64,000 nt of DNA, taken from assembly GCA_963820525.1 (NCBI GenBank), contig CAWGAA010000003.1, positions 544,001 to 608,000 on the forward strand. Direction: 5' to 3'. Below, piece after piece: positions 9,621-19,361 of the stretch. Below the pieces are notes generated by a model that saw only the letters and a program-made list of their open reading frames with translations, was not told the DNA's origin and searched no databases. Numbering within the stretch: the stretch's first letter is position 1; each line of letters begins with the position of its first letter. This stretch comes from an uncultured Spirochaetota bacterium (GTDB lineage: Bacteria; Spirochaetota; Spirochaetia; SZUA-6; Fen-1364). The translations under genes and the position numbers were made by a program.

Positions 9621-11049
9621 AACGGCTGATGAAATACGCCGGATCGTACAGCAGGTGCTCGCGCAGTACGATGCCGCCGGCCTCCTGACGGGAGAGCGGG
9701 AGGCATCCGGCGGGCGCGAAGCTGCTGGAGCCCGGGGCGTTTTTGCGGAGGTGGACGCGGCGGTTCGAGCCGCAATGACGGCTCAAGCCGAGCTCGTCGC
9801 GCTGCCGCTGGATACGCGGAGGCGGGTGATCGATGCGATGCGCCGGGCCATGATGGATGCAAACGCAGAGCTCTCCGAGGAAGCCGTTCGGGAAACCGGG
9901 TTGGGCAGAACGGCGGACAAGATCGCGAAGAATCAGCTGGCGGCGCTGAAGACTCCCGGGGTGGAGGACGTGGAGCCCGCGGCCTTCTCCGACGAGCACG
10001 GCCTCACCATCACCGAGCGCGCTCCCTACGGCGTGATCGGGGCCATCACCCCGGTGACCAATCCAACATCGACCATCACGAGCAACTCGATCGGGATGAT
10101 CGCCGCGGGAAACTCCGTGGTGTTCAACGTCCACCCCAGCGCGAAGACGGTCTCCAACCACCTGGTGGCGCTGCTCAACGAGGCAATCCTTCGGGAGGGC
10201 GGGCCGAACAACCTGCTGTGCGCCGTGGCGAATCCCACGATAGAAAGCGCTGGGGCGCTCATGAAACATCCCGCGGTGGCCATGCTCGTGGTCACGGGCG
10301 GGCCCGCTGTCGTAAAGGCGGCGATGGCAAGCGGGAAAAAGGCGATCTGCGCCGGACCGGGCAATCCCCCCTGCGTCGTGGACTCAAGCGCGGACCTGGT
10401 GAAAGCGGGCCGCGACATCGTCCAGGGAGCCAGCTTCGACAACAACGTGGTCTGCATCTGCGAAAAAGAGATCCTGGCCGTGGAGAGCATCGCCGACAGG
10501 CTGAAGCAGGAGATGCGGGCGAACGGGGCCTTCGAGCTGGGCGCAAGCCAGATCGAAGCGGTGACCAGGACGGCCCTCCGTGCGCCCGGCGGATCGGAAA
10601 GCCTGCCCAACAAGGACATGGTAGGAAAGGACGCGTATGTCATCGCCAAAGCGGCCGGCATCGAGGTGCCGCGGGAGACGCGGCTCCTGCTCATGGAGGT
10701 GGGCCGGGAGCACCCGCTGGTCTGGAGCGAGCAGCTCATGCCCGTGCTGCCGCTCGTGCGGATGCGAAGCGTGGATGAAGCGATAGACTTCGCGGTGCAG
10801 GTGGAGCATGGGTTCCGTCACACGGCAATGATCCATTCCCACGACATCGGGGCGCTTTCCCGAATGGCGAAGGTGATGAACTGCTCGCTTTTCGTGAAGA
10901 ACGGTCCCTGCTACGCCGGGCTGGGCCAGGGAGGGGCGGGATTCACCTCCTTCACCATTGCGAGCCCCACGGGAGAAGGGCTCACGCGGGCGCGCACCTT
11001 CACGCGGGAGCGCCGCTGCACGCTCGTGGATTACTTCAGGATCATCTGA
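9613..11049 (+). CDS. CoA-acylating aldehyde dehydrogenase (EutE/PduP family) with N-terminal encapsulation peptide
   Basis: PYGVIGAITPVTNP, VTGGP, AGPGNPP, SFDNNVVCICEKE (catalytic Cys) and TIASPTGEG. N-terminus DEIRRIVQQVLAQY. Confidence 0.93.
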   Translation: MAETADEIRRIVQQVLAQYDAAGLLTGEREASGGREAAGARGVFAEVDAAVRAAMTAQAELVALPLDTRRRVIDAMRRAMMDANAELSEEAVRETGLGRTADKIAKNQLAALKTPGVEDVEPAAFSDEHGLTITERAPYGVIGAITPVTNPTSTITSNSIGMIAAGNSVVFNVHPSAKTVSNHLVALLNEAILREGGPNNLLCAVANPTIESAGALMKHPAVAMLVVTGGPAVVKAAMASGKKAICAGPGNPPCVVDSSADLVKAGRDIVQGASFDNNVVCICEKEILAVESIADRLKQEMRANGAFELGASQIEAVTRTALRAPGGSESLPNKDMVGKDAYVIAKAAGIEVPRETRLLLMEVGREHPLVWSEQLMPVLPLVRMRSVDEAIDFAVQVEHGFRHTAMIHSHDIGALSRMAKVMNCSLFVKNGPCYAGLGQGGAGFTSFTIASPTGEGLTRARTFTRERRCTLVDYFRII

Positions 11050-11059
11050 AGGAAGCGGC

Positions 11060-11359
11060 ATGAAGCTGGGACGGGTGATCGGCCGGGTGGTGTGCACGCA
11101 AAAGATGGAATGCCTGGATCGGCTGGCGCTGCTCCTTGTCCAGCCGATAGACGAGACGGGAAAAGACGCGGGAGCGCCGCTGGTAGCCTTCGACGCGGCG
11201 CGCGCTGGCGAAGGGGACGTGGTGATCCTGGAAGCGGGAAAGGAAGCGGCGCAGGCCAATCCCAACGGCTGGTTCAATCCGGCTGACGCGGCGATCATTG
11301 GAATCGTGGACGGGGTGAATGCCGGGACCGCGAAGACGCGGCCGAGGGGCCGGCAATGA
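11060..11359 (+). CDS. BMC-P pentameric vertex protein 3
   Basis: MKLGRVIGRVVCTQK..LLLVQP..VAFD..AGEGD..DAAIIGIVD. Confidence 0.93.
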   Translation: MKLGRVIGRVVCTQKMECLDRLALLLVQPIDETGKDAGAPLVAFDAARAGEGDVVILEAGKEAAQANPNGWFNPADAAIIGIVDGVNAGTAKTRPRGRQ

Positions 11360-11652
11360 TGCTCGCGCGCGTGGTGGCAAGCGTCGTGTCCACCGAGAAG
11401 CATCCCCATTACAAGGGGCACAAGATCCTCGTCGTCCAGCCCGTGGATCCCGAGGGCAACCCCAAGGGCAGGTGCCTCCTCGCGGTGGATGGGGTGCAGG
11501 CGGGGATCGGGGACACGGTGCTCGTGGTGGATGAGGGCGGCTCGGCGCGCGTCGTCATCGGGGACGAGTCCGCGCTGACCATCCGCACGGCCATCTGCGG
11601 GATCGTCGACAGGGTGGACGTGGAAGACTCACCGCGGGGGAGGGCGCCGTGA
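11356..11652 (+). CDS. BMC-P pentameric vertex protein 4
   Basis: LARVVASVVSTEK..LVVQP..LAVDGVQAGIGD..EGGSAR..ICGIVD. Confidence 0.93.
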   Translation: MMLARVVASVVSTEKHPHYKGHKILVVQPVDPEGNPKGRCLLAVDGVQAGIGDTVLVVDEGGSARVVIGDESALTIRTAICGIVDRVDVEDSPRGRAP

Positions 11653-12122
11653 ACACGACCGACACGGTGCACAGCGTCGCCCTCGGCTCCGACCACGCCG
11701 CGTTCGCCCAGAAGGAAGCGCTCAAGAGGTATCTCGAGACCGTCGGTTATCGGGTCGTGGACGTCGGGTGCTTCGGCGCGGACAGGGTGGACTACCCCGA
11801 TATCGCCATCGCCGTCTGCCGGCGGGTGGTAAGCGGAGACTGCGAGCGGGGGATCGTCCTCGACGGGTCGGGCATCGGCTCCTGCATGGCGGCGAACAAG
11901 ATCAAGGGGATCCGGGCGGCTCTGTGCTACGACATCCGGACCGTGCTCAACAGCCGTGAGCACAACAACGCCAATGTGCTCAGTCTCGGCGGCCCGCTTC
12001 ATGACGCGGGACAGCTGTGCGACATGGCGCGGACGTGGCTTCAGGCCCGCTTCGGCGGCGGCAGGCACATCATCCGTGTAAACAAGATCATGGCAATCGA
12101 GCGAGGAGGCTTCGGAGACTGA
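11649..12122 (+). CDS. rpiB: RpiB/LacA/LacB family sugar-phosphate isomerase
   Basis: [35 protein letters not shown] and FGGGRH..RV.KI. Confidence 0.9.
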   Translation: MNTTDTVHSVALGSDHAAFAQKEALKRYLETVGYRVVDVGCFGADRVDYPDIAIAVCRRVVSGDCERGIVLDGSGIGSCMAANKIKGIRAALCYDIRTVLNSREHNNANVLSLGGPLHDAGQLCDMARTWLQARFGGGRHIIRVNKIMAIERGGFGD

Positions 12123-12934
12123 TGGACCAGAATCAACTGATCGAGAAGATCGTGGCCGAAGTGGTTGCGCGCATGAGCGCGGGCGCGGCGAAGCCCGACA
12201 CCCCGGCGGGAGGCTCTCCCCTCGCCCCGGGCGTCTCGAGCGCCGGGGTGCTGCCCGCGCTTGCCCCCGCGGACATTGCGCGGTACATCGACCACACCAT
12301 GCTCCGCCCCGAGGCGCCCAACGCCGCCTTCGAGAAGCTCTGCCAGGAGGCGCTCACCTACAAGTTCTACGGCGTGTGCGTGAACTCGTGCAGGGTGGCC
12401 GCCGTGGCGAAAAGGCTCCAGGGCACGGGGGTGAAGGTGTGCTCCGTCGTCGGATTTCCCCTGGGCGCAATGACCTCCCGGTCCAAGGCCTTCGAGGCGC
12501 GCGAAGCAATTTCGGACGGCGCGCAGGAAATCGACATGGTCATCAATATCGGGCTCCTGAAGTCCGGAGACTTCCGTGGGGTGGAGGAGGACATCCGGGC
12601 CGTGCGCCGCGCCACCCGGGCCAATACCGTGCTCAAGGTGATCATCGAGACGGCGCTCCTCACCCAGGACGAGAAGGTGATGGCGTGCGAACTGTCCAAG
12701 AAGGCGGGCGCCGATTTCGTGAAGACCTGCACGGGGTTCTCCGGCGGGGGGGCGACCGTGGAGGACATTGCGCTGATGCGCCGGGTGGTGGGAAGCGAGA
12801 TGGGCGTGAAGGCGAGCGGCGGGATTCGCACGTACAAGAGCGCCGCGGCCATGATCGGCGCGGGGGCCAGCAGGATCGGCTGCGTGGCCAGCGTCGCGAT
12901 AGTCACCGGCGCGGAGGGCACCGGCGCCTACTGA
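12122..12934 (+). CDS. deoC: Deoxyribose-phosphate aldolase with N-terminal encapsulation peptide
   Basis: [32 protein letters not shown] and VKASGGIR. N-terminus [17 protein letters not shown] plus Pro/Ala/Gly linker. TGATG coupling to rpiB. Confidence 0.93.
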   Translation: MDQNQLIEKIVAEVVARMSAGAAKPDTPAGGSPLAPGVSSAGVLPALAPADIARYIDHTMLRPEAPNAAFEKLCQEALTYKFYGVCVNSCRVAAVAKRLQGTGVKVCSVVGFPLGAMTSRSKAFEAREAISDGAQEIDMVINIGLLKSGDFRGVEEDIRAVRRATRANTVLKVIIETALLTQDEKVMACELSKKAGADFVKTCTGFSGGGATVEDIALMRRVVGSEMGVKASGGIRTYKSAAAMIGAGASRIGCVASVAIVTGAEGTGAY

Positions 12935-12951
12935 GGCCGGAACGTATCCGC

Positions 12952-13821
12952 ATGAGCGTCACTCTGCGCAATGGCCTCTTCCGCGCAAGCGTCTCGCAGA
13001 TGGGAGCCGAGCTCACGAGCCTCGCGGACCTGGCAACCGGCCAGGAGTACATGTGGCAGGCGGACCCCTCATGGTGGGCCGGCACGGCCCCGGTGCTTTT
13101 TCCCGTCATCGGGGGATTGAAGGGCGGGGCCTACACCTTTGAAGGAAAGCAATACCGCCTGCCGTCGCACGGCTTTGCGCGCAACAGCGCGTTTCGCGTC
13201 TCGGCAACGGGTGCGGATTTCGCCGCGCTCGTGCTTTCCTCCAGCTCGGAAACACGCGAGAGCTATCCTTTCGACTTCTCTCTTGCCGTCGGCTTTCGCC
13301 TGATGAGCTCCGGCGTCAGCGTGCGCTACGAGGTCAGGAACACCGGCTCCGGCCGCATGTATTTCTCCATCGGCTCCCACCCGGCATTCAACCTCCCCTT
13401 TGCGGGAGGGGCGCTGGAGAACTACTACGTGGTGTTCGAGCGGGAAGAGGCTCTTGAGCGGTGGTTCTTCAAGGACGGTATGGTGACTGCGGGAAAGGCC
13501 GCGGAGGTCATGGAGAACAGCAGGGTGCTCTCCCTGTCGCGCACGCTCTTCGATCAAGGCCCCGTGATTTTCAAGGGCCCGCAATCGCGGCGGTTCATTA
13601 TCGCCAATAGCCGCAATACCCGCTCCATCACCGTGGCGACGGACGGCGTGCCCTTTGTTGCCGTCTGGTCAAAACCCAATGCCCCTTTCCTCTGCATCGA
13701 ACCGTGGAACGGGCTGCCCGATATGAGCGATTGCTCGGGGAATATCGTTGAGAAAGAGGGCATCATCGCCCTTGAGCCGGGATCATGCTTCGGCACCGGC
13801 TATTCGATCGAGGTCGCGTAG
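12952..13821 (+). CDS. Aldose 1-epimerase family protein (LacX-like)
   Basis: GAELTSL, EYMWQ, APVLFP, HGFAR, YPF.F.L, GSHPAF and FLCIEPW. Confidence 0.9.
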   Translation: MSVTLRNGLFRASVSQMGAELTSLADLATGQEYMWQADPSWWAGTAPVLFPVIGGLKGGAYTFEGKQYRLPSHGFARNSAFRVSATGADFAALVLSSSSETRESYPFDFSLAVGFRLMSSGVSVRYEVRNTGSGRMYFSIGSHPAFNLPFAGGALENYYVVFEREEALERWFFKDGMVTAGKAAEVMENSRVLSLSRTLFDQGPVIFKGPQSRRFIIANSRNTRSITVATDGVPFVAVWSKPNAPFLCIEPWNGLPDMSDCSGNIVEKEGIIALEPGSCFGTGYSIEVA

Positions 13822-13882
13822 CCCGGCATGCGAACGCCCGCGAAGCGGCCCGGTGACTGAAGCGCGGGAGCCGCAGTCCCTC

Positions 13883-15016
13883 CTAGCGCGTCTGACTCCT
13901 GAACCGAAAGATGCTCACCCCGATGATGACGGCCCCGAAGACGAGAAGCGCCAGCGCTTCGCGCCACAGCTGGGCAAGCCCGACGCCCTTCAGGAAAAGC
14001 CCCCGGATGATGACGAAGTAATAGCGAAGGGGGAAGAGATACGTCACCCACTGCACGAAGGGCGGCATGTTCTCTATGGGAAAAACGAACCCGGAGAGGA
14101 TCACCATGGGGAAGAGCAGGAAAAAAATGGAGATCATCATTGCCTGCTGCTGGTTTCTCGCGAAGGTGGACACGAGAAGCCCCAGGCCCAGCGTGGAGAG
14201 GAGAAACTCGGCGGTGAGCAGGTAGAGAAGCAGGACGCTCCCTTTCACGCCGATGTTGAACAGCGTGAAGCAGGACACCACCACGATGGTGACCATGACG
14301 AAGCTGATCAGGATGAAGGGGGTGAGCTTTCCCACGATGAGCTGGTATGGGCGTAGCGGCGTGACAATGAGCTGCTCCATGGTCCCCCGCTCCTTCTCCT
14401 TCACGATGGAAAGGGAGGTGAGGATCACCGTCATCACCAGGAGGATCATCGCGAGGATCCCCGGCACCAGGAAGTTCCTGCTGGAAAGCTCCGGGTTGAA
14501 GAGCACCCGGGGCTGGGGATTCACTCCCGCGGCAAGCGTGCGAAGGTCGAGGCCCAGGCGTCCAAGGCGCGCCTGGGTTGAAGAAGCCGAAAAGCGGCCG
14601 ATAATCTGCGTGGCATAGCTCTGGCCGATCACTGCGTTGTTGGACTCCGAGCCGTCCACCAGAAGCTGGACGCTCGTCGATCTGCCGCTCTCCAGGTCCC
14701 TCTCGAAATCCCTCGGCAGAACGACCCCGATGGAGACATGGCCGTCCCGTATGTCGCGCTCCAGGCTTTCCGCGTCGGGGGAATACTCCTTCAGGCTGAA
14801 GTACTCCGAGTTGGTGAACTCGGCCACCAGGGCGCGGCCGGCCGCGCTCCTGTCAGGGTCCACCACTCCCAAGGCTATATTCTTCACGTCCATGTTGGCC
14901 GCATAGCCCAGGATCAGGACCTGGAATATGGGGCTCAGGAAGATGATGACCAGCATCCTCCTGTCGCGCCGGATCTGCTGGAACTCCTTGCGCACGACAG
15001 TGGCGATTGCCTTCAC
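13883..15016 (-). CDS. ABC-2 exporter permease (YbhR-like)
   Basis: KEFQQIRRD, FNPEL, VPGI, KEKERGTMEQL.VTP and SGFVFPIENMP. Confidence 0.92.
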   Translation of the reverse strand: MKAIATVVRKEFQQIRRDRRMLVIIFLSPIFQVLILGYAANMDVKNIALGVVDPDRSAAGRALVAEFTNSEYFSLKEYSPDAESLERDIRDGHVSIGVVLPRDFERDLESGRSTSVQLLVDGSESNNAVIGQSYATQIIGRFSASSTQARLGRLGLDLRTLAAGVNPQPRVLFNPELSSRNFLVPGILAMILLVMTVILTSLSIVKEKERGTMEQLIVTPLRPYQLIVGKLTPFILISFVMVTIVVVSCFTLFNIGVKGSVLLLYLLTAEFLLSTLGLGLLVSTFARNQQQAMMISIFFLLFPMVILSGFVFPIENMPPFVQWVTYLFPLRYYFVIIRGLFLKGVGLAQLWREALALLVFGAVIIGVSIFRFRSQTR

Positions 15017-16149
15017 GTCCCCCTCCCCGCCCGCCTGAGGCGGTATGCGCTGCCGGCAAGGATGATCGCGGCGAAGATCGCCAGGCCGGCCGCCTCCCCG
15101 GCATAGGAAGAAAAGCCGGCGCCCTTGACCATGATCCCGCGCAGGGCGGCCAGGTAGTAGCGCGTCGGCATGAGGTAGGTGACCGCCTGGATGGGGATGG
15201 GCATGTTCGAAATGGGAAAGACGAAGCCGGAAAGGACGAAGGAAGGGAGCATGGTAATGAGGACCGAGATCGTGAACGCCACCTGCTGGGAGTCCGAGAT
15301 CGTGGAGATGAAGAGGCCCATGCCAAGCGAGCAGAGCAGGAAGAGGAAGCTCATGAGCGCGAGCATGAGGATGCTGCCGCGAACCGCCACGCCGAAGAGC
15401 AGATACCCGAGCGCGATGGCCATGACCGTCGAGATGGTCGCGGTCACGATATAGGGAACCGTCTTTCCCACGATGAGCTCCACCGGCCGCAGGGGCGAAA
15501 CGAGGATCTGTTCCATTGTGCCCAGCTCCTTTTCCCGGACGACGGCAAGGGAGGTGGAAATGACGGCGATCATGCCCAGGATGAGCACGATGAGCCCGGG
15601 AACAAGGAAGTCGGCGCTGTTGAGCTCCGGATTGAAGAGGACCCGCGGCCGGACTTCCAGGGGAGAGAGGAGCACCTGGCGGCCGGCCCTGGTGAGGCGT
15701 ACGGCCGCGAGCTTTGCCGAATACTCTGAGCTCACGGCCTGCACATAGCCCAAAGCCGTGGAGGCGGAGTTTCCGTTGGAGCCGTCAACGATCGCCTGGA
15801 CTTCCGTCTCCTCTCCCCTGATCAGGCTCTTCTGGAAACCGCGCGGGATGACCAGGGCAACCAGAATCTCTCCCCTGTCCATGAGGGAGTCGATCTGGCC
15901 TCGGTCCGAAAGGGAATACCGGTAGCGGAAGTACTCGGTGTGCACGAAGGAGTCGATGTAGGATCGGGACATCCGGCTCTTGTCCTGGTCCAGGACGCCG
16001 AGAGCGATGTTCTTGGTGTCCAGGTTGATGGCGTAGCCGAACATCACCAGGAGGAACAGGGGCACGACGAGGAGCACGCCGAGGGTGCCGGGATCCCGGA
16101 GGATCTGGCGGAACTCCTTCTTGACCAGCGCTGCGATGCGGCGGATCAC
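15013..16149 (-). CDS. ABC-2 exporter permease (YbhS-like)
   Basis: GTG start overlapping the upstream stop. KEFRQILRD, FGYAI and REKELGTMEQ. Confidence 0.92.
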   Translation of the reverse strand: MIRRIAALVKKEFRQILRDPGTLGVLLVVPLFLLVMFGYAINLDTKNIALGVLDQDKSRMSRSYIDSFVHTEYFRYRYSLSDRGQIDSLMDRGEILVALVIPRGFQKSLIRGEETEVQAIVDGSNGNSASTALGYVQAVSSEYSAKLAAVRLTRAGRQVLLSPLEVRPRVLFNPELNSADFLVPGLIVLILGMIAVISTSLAVVREKELGTMEQILVSPLRPVELIVGKTVPYIVTATISTVMAIALGYLLFGVAVRGSILMLALMSFLFLLCSLGMGLFISTISDSQQVAFTISVLITMLPSFVLSGFVFPISNMPIPIQAVTYLMPTRYYLAALRGIMVKGAGFSSYAGEAAGLAIFAAIILAGSAYRLRRAGRGT

Positions 16150-17111
16150 GGCCCCGCCTCCTCGCGCTGTCTTTCGATGAGCTGGATGAACACGTCCTCG
16201 AGCGACGGGACGATCCTCTGGATGGCGGTGGCGGGAATACCGCGGGCTTCGAGCAGGGAAGCTATGCGTCCCGGCGCATCGTGGCCCCCCTCCTGCGTCA
16301 CGTTCACGTGGAGCTTCGTGCCGAAGACCGAGGTCTCCCGCACCCACGGCTCCCCCTGCAGCGCCTCCATCCCCTCGATGACGTTGGGGCACTCGACCTC
16401 GTACATGTCCGACGCGATATGGCGCTCCTTGAGCGCACCGGGGCTGCCCTGCGCGATAACGCGCCCCGCGTGCATCAGCGTGATCGTGGAGCAGTACTCG
16501 GCCTCGTCCAGGTAGTGCGTTGTCACCAGGACCGTCGTCCCCTTTCCCGCCATCGCGTGGATCAGCTCCCAGAACCTGCGCCGGGATACGGGATCCACCC
16601 CGCCGGTGGGCTCGTCGAGAAAGACTATCTGGGGCTCGTGCAGCACCGCGCAGCCCAGCGCGAGACGCTGCTTGAAGCCCTGGGCGAGCTCGCGGGTGAG
16701 GCTTGTCTGCCGGCCGGAAAGCCCCGCCATGTCAAGCACCCAGTCGGCGCGCCGGGTGAGGGCTTCCCGCTCCAGGCCGTACACGCCGCCGAAGAAGCGG
16801 ATGTTCTCCGCCACGGTGAGATCCTCGTACAGGGAAAAGCGCTGGGACATGTAGCCGATGCGGCTCTTGAGCGCGTCGCTCTGAGAGTTGATGTCGAACC
16901 CGGCAACTCGTGCTCCGCCCGAAGTGGATTTCAAAAGGCCGCAGAGCATCCTGATGGTCGTGGACTTTCCGGCGCCATTGGCGCCCAACAGTCCGAAGAT
17001 GGCTCCCCGGGGAACCGAGAAGCTGACATTGTCCACGGCGCGGAAGCTCCCGAAGCTCTTGCTCAATCCCTGGACCTCGATGGCCGGCCCCTTCTCCTCC
17101 CGCCCGCTCAC
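16146..17111 (-). CDS. ABC transporter ATP-binding protein
   Basis: GANGAGKST Walker A, FLDEPT and TTHYLDEAE. Confidence 0.95.
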   Translation of the reverse strand: MSGREEKGPAIEVQGLSKSFGSFRAVDNVSFSVPRGAIFGLLGANGAGKSTTIRMLCGLLKSTSGGARVAGFDINSQSDALKSRIGYMSQRFSLYEDLTVAENIRFFGGVYGLEREALTRRADWVLDMAGLSGRQTSLTRELAQGFKQRLALGCAVLHEPQIVFLDEPTGGVDPVSRRRFWELIHAMAGKGTTVLVTTHYLDEAEYCSTITLMHAGRVIAQGSPGALKERHIASDMYEVECPNVIEGMEALQGEPWVRETSVFGTKLHVNVTQEGGHDAPGRIASLLEARGIPATAIQRIVPSLEDVFIQLIERQREEAGP

Positions 17112-18031
17112 GACGCCGCCCTTCCCCCGATGAGCGAAATGAACACGTTCTCCAGGCTCGGTGAAATGGGCCGCCAGGAGGAGACCGTCACGCCGGCCCG
17201 GATCAAGGCTTCTATCACCCCCTCGGCTGGAACGTCTCTGCCAAGCGAAAGGTTCAGACGGTCTCCAAAGAGCTGAATGTCCGAAACGGCCGGCAGGCCG
17301 CGCGCAAGGGCGTACGCCCCGCGGGGATCGGGACAGACGATCTCGACGAACTTTTGCGTCATCGCGGCCTTGATCCGCGCCGGAGTGTCGGCGACGAGGA
17401 GCTTCCCCCGGTCCAGAAGCCCGACGCGCGTGCTCCGCTCCGCCTCGTCGAGGTAGGGCGTGGTCATGAACACGGTGATCCCGCTTTTGAGCAGGTTGGA
17501 GAGGATGATCCAGAACTCCCTGCGGGAAACCGGATCCACCCCCGTGGTCGGCTCGTCGAGGAAGATGATGTCGGGCCTGTGGATCAGTGTGCAGGCGAGC
17601 GCCAGCTTCTGCTTCATGCCGCCGGAGAGCTTGTCAGCCAGGCGGCTTCTGAAGGGTGAAAGGCGCGTGAAGTCCAGAAGCTCGTCGCGCCGCTTCTCGA
17701 AGGCCGACACCCCGTGGATCTCGGCGAAGAACTCGATGTTCTCGTCCACCGTGAGGTCCCCGTAGAGGCTGAAACGCTGGGAAAGGTAGCCGATCCGCTC
17801 CTTGATCCGCGAGATCTCGCGGCCGAGATCGAAGCCCAGGATGCGCGCCTCCCCATGCGTCGGCTGCACGAGACCGCAGAGGATTCTGAGGGTGGTCGTC
17901 TTTCCCGCGCCGTCGGGACCGACCAGGCAAAACATCTCGCCGCGCTCCACGGCAAGGCTCACGTCGCGGAGCGCGGTGAGCGACCCGTAGCTTTTGGTGA
18001 GCCCGGACGTCTCGATGGCGGGAGCGGCCAT
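17108..18031 (-). CDS. ABC transporter ATP-binding protein
   Basis: GPDGAGKTT, LSGGMKQ and FLDEPTTGVDP. With the next gene it corresponds to a split YbhF. Confidence 0.95.
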   Translation of the reverse strand: MAAPAIETSGLTKSYGSLTALRDVSLAVERGEMFCLVGPDGAGKTTTLRILCGLVQPTHGEARILGFDLGREISRIKERIGYLSQRFSLYGDLTVDENIEFFAEIHGVSAFEKRRDELLDFTRLSPFRSRLADKLSGGMKQKLALACTLIHRPDIIFLDEPTTGVDPVSRREFWIILSNLLKSGITVFMTTPYLDEAERSTRVGLLDRGKLLVADTPARIKAAMTQKFVEIVCPDPRGAYALARGLPAVSDIQLFGDRLNLSLGRDVPAEGVIEALIRAGVTVSSWRPISPSLENVFISLIGGRAAS

Positions 18032-18036
18032 GCGGA

Positions 18037-19023
18037 TCAGCCGCCCTTGGGCGGAGCGAGGGGAGCGAGGGAGGCGTCGGCGGGCATCCCCGATTTGAGG
18101 ATCCCATCCGGATTGGGGATCTCCAGCTTCACCCCGTAGACAAGCTTCGCCCGCTCGTCCCTTGTCTGGACGTTCTTGGGGGTGAACTCCGCTTCGGGAG
18201 AAATGAAGACGACCTTCGCGGCGAACGTACGTCCGGGGTAGGAGTCGATTGAGACTTCAGCCTTCTGCCCTACCGCGATCCGCCCCAGGTCAGATTCGGA
18301 AACATAAATGGTCAGGTTGACGGTGCCGGGGTCCGAGACGATGAAAACCGGCGCCCCGGGAGCCACCAGCTCGCCTTTTTCCACGAGCCTCTGGGTGATG
18401 ATGCCGTCGGCAGGCGAGGTGATGGTGCAGTCCTCGATGCTCTTGCTGAGGAGCCGCACCCCGTCCCTGGCCTGATCGAGCCGGGCCGTTGCGGCCTGAA
18501 CCTCCTCGGGCCGCGCCAGTCCCTCCAGCTTTTTCAATATCTGCTGGGCCGTGTTGTACTGAGAGTGGGCCACCGTGACTCGGGCACGGGCGTCGTCGAG
18601 CTGCTTCTGTGTTGCGCTGCCGTTGGCGAAGAGGTCCGTGAGCCTTTTCAAGTCGTCCTCGGCCGTCTTCTGGTTTTCTCCCGCTTCCCGTATGGCATCC
18701 TGCGCCTGGCTGATGTCCTCGGCGCGGGCGCCCTTGAGCAGGAGGTTGAGGTTGGCCGTGGCCAGCGCCACGCCGGCCTCGGCCTGCGAGAGCTGGATAT
18801 CGAGCGCGCTGTGGTCGATCCTGGCCAGGACGCTCCCGGCCTTCACGGTGTCGCCTTCGGCGCCGGGAAGCTCCACGATCTCCCCGCCTGCCTTGGAAGA
18901 TGTGCGCACCTCCCGCGCCTCGATGGTGCCGGAGGCGCGGATGCGGGTATCCCGATGGGAGCAGGAGAGAGCTGCCAGGAGGCAGATGAAGCCCGAAAGA
19001 ACGCGCGCTGATGCGTGTTTCAT
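18037..19023 (-). CDS. HlyD family membrane fusion protein (YbhG-like)
   Basis: Lipoprotein-like signal, ASGTIEA, biotinyl-lipoyl-like halves around a coiled coil, and AEFTPKNVQT. Confidence 0.92.
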   Translation of the reverse strand: MKHASARVLSGFICLLAALSCSHRDTRIRASGTIEAREVRTSSKAGGEIVELPGAEGDTVKAGSVLARIDHSALDIQLSQAEAGVALATANLNLLLKGARAEDISQAQDAIREAGENQKTAEDDLKRLTDLFANGSATQKQLDDARARVTVAHSQYNTAQQILKKLEGLARPEEVQAATARLDQARDGVRLLSKSIEDCTITSPADGIITQRLVEKGELVAPGAPVFIVSDPGTVNLTIYVSESDLGRIAVGQKAEVSIDSYPGRTFAAKVVFISPEAEFTPKNVQTRDERAKLVYGVKLEIPNPDGILKSGMPADASLAPLAPPKGG

Positions 19024-19361
19024 GACTCAAGCTTCTTACGCGGAGCCGCGCCGCGTCAAGCTCCATGAAGGGTTTCCGCCGCGCTCGCCACCGACATGCC
19101 GGCCAGGCGTCTCCTGCGCGCCTGGGCGGCCTTGGCCCAACGCCCCGCCAAGCCGCCGGCGGCGGCGCTACGTTGGGATGGAGGCCGTCAAGAGGGGCTT
19201 CCATTGCCAGAACGGAGCGCTGGCGGTCGGCACCGCGCGGATGTTCGGCTGTCTGGACAGGCCGAGCGGGGGCGAGGTGCGGGGCGCCGGCCCCTGCGGT
19301 AGCGACGCGTCCTTTACAGCTGAATTCCCTTCGGGTAGTATGGAGGCCCGAGGAGGAGCAC

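Noticed and set aside
19060..19320. Multiple hairpins in the HlyD/phosphatase intergenic region as an ncRNA
   Set aside because: Very high GC makes short stems expected, and there is no clear promoter-terminator framing or long perfect repeat.
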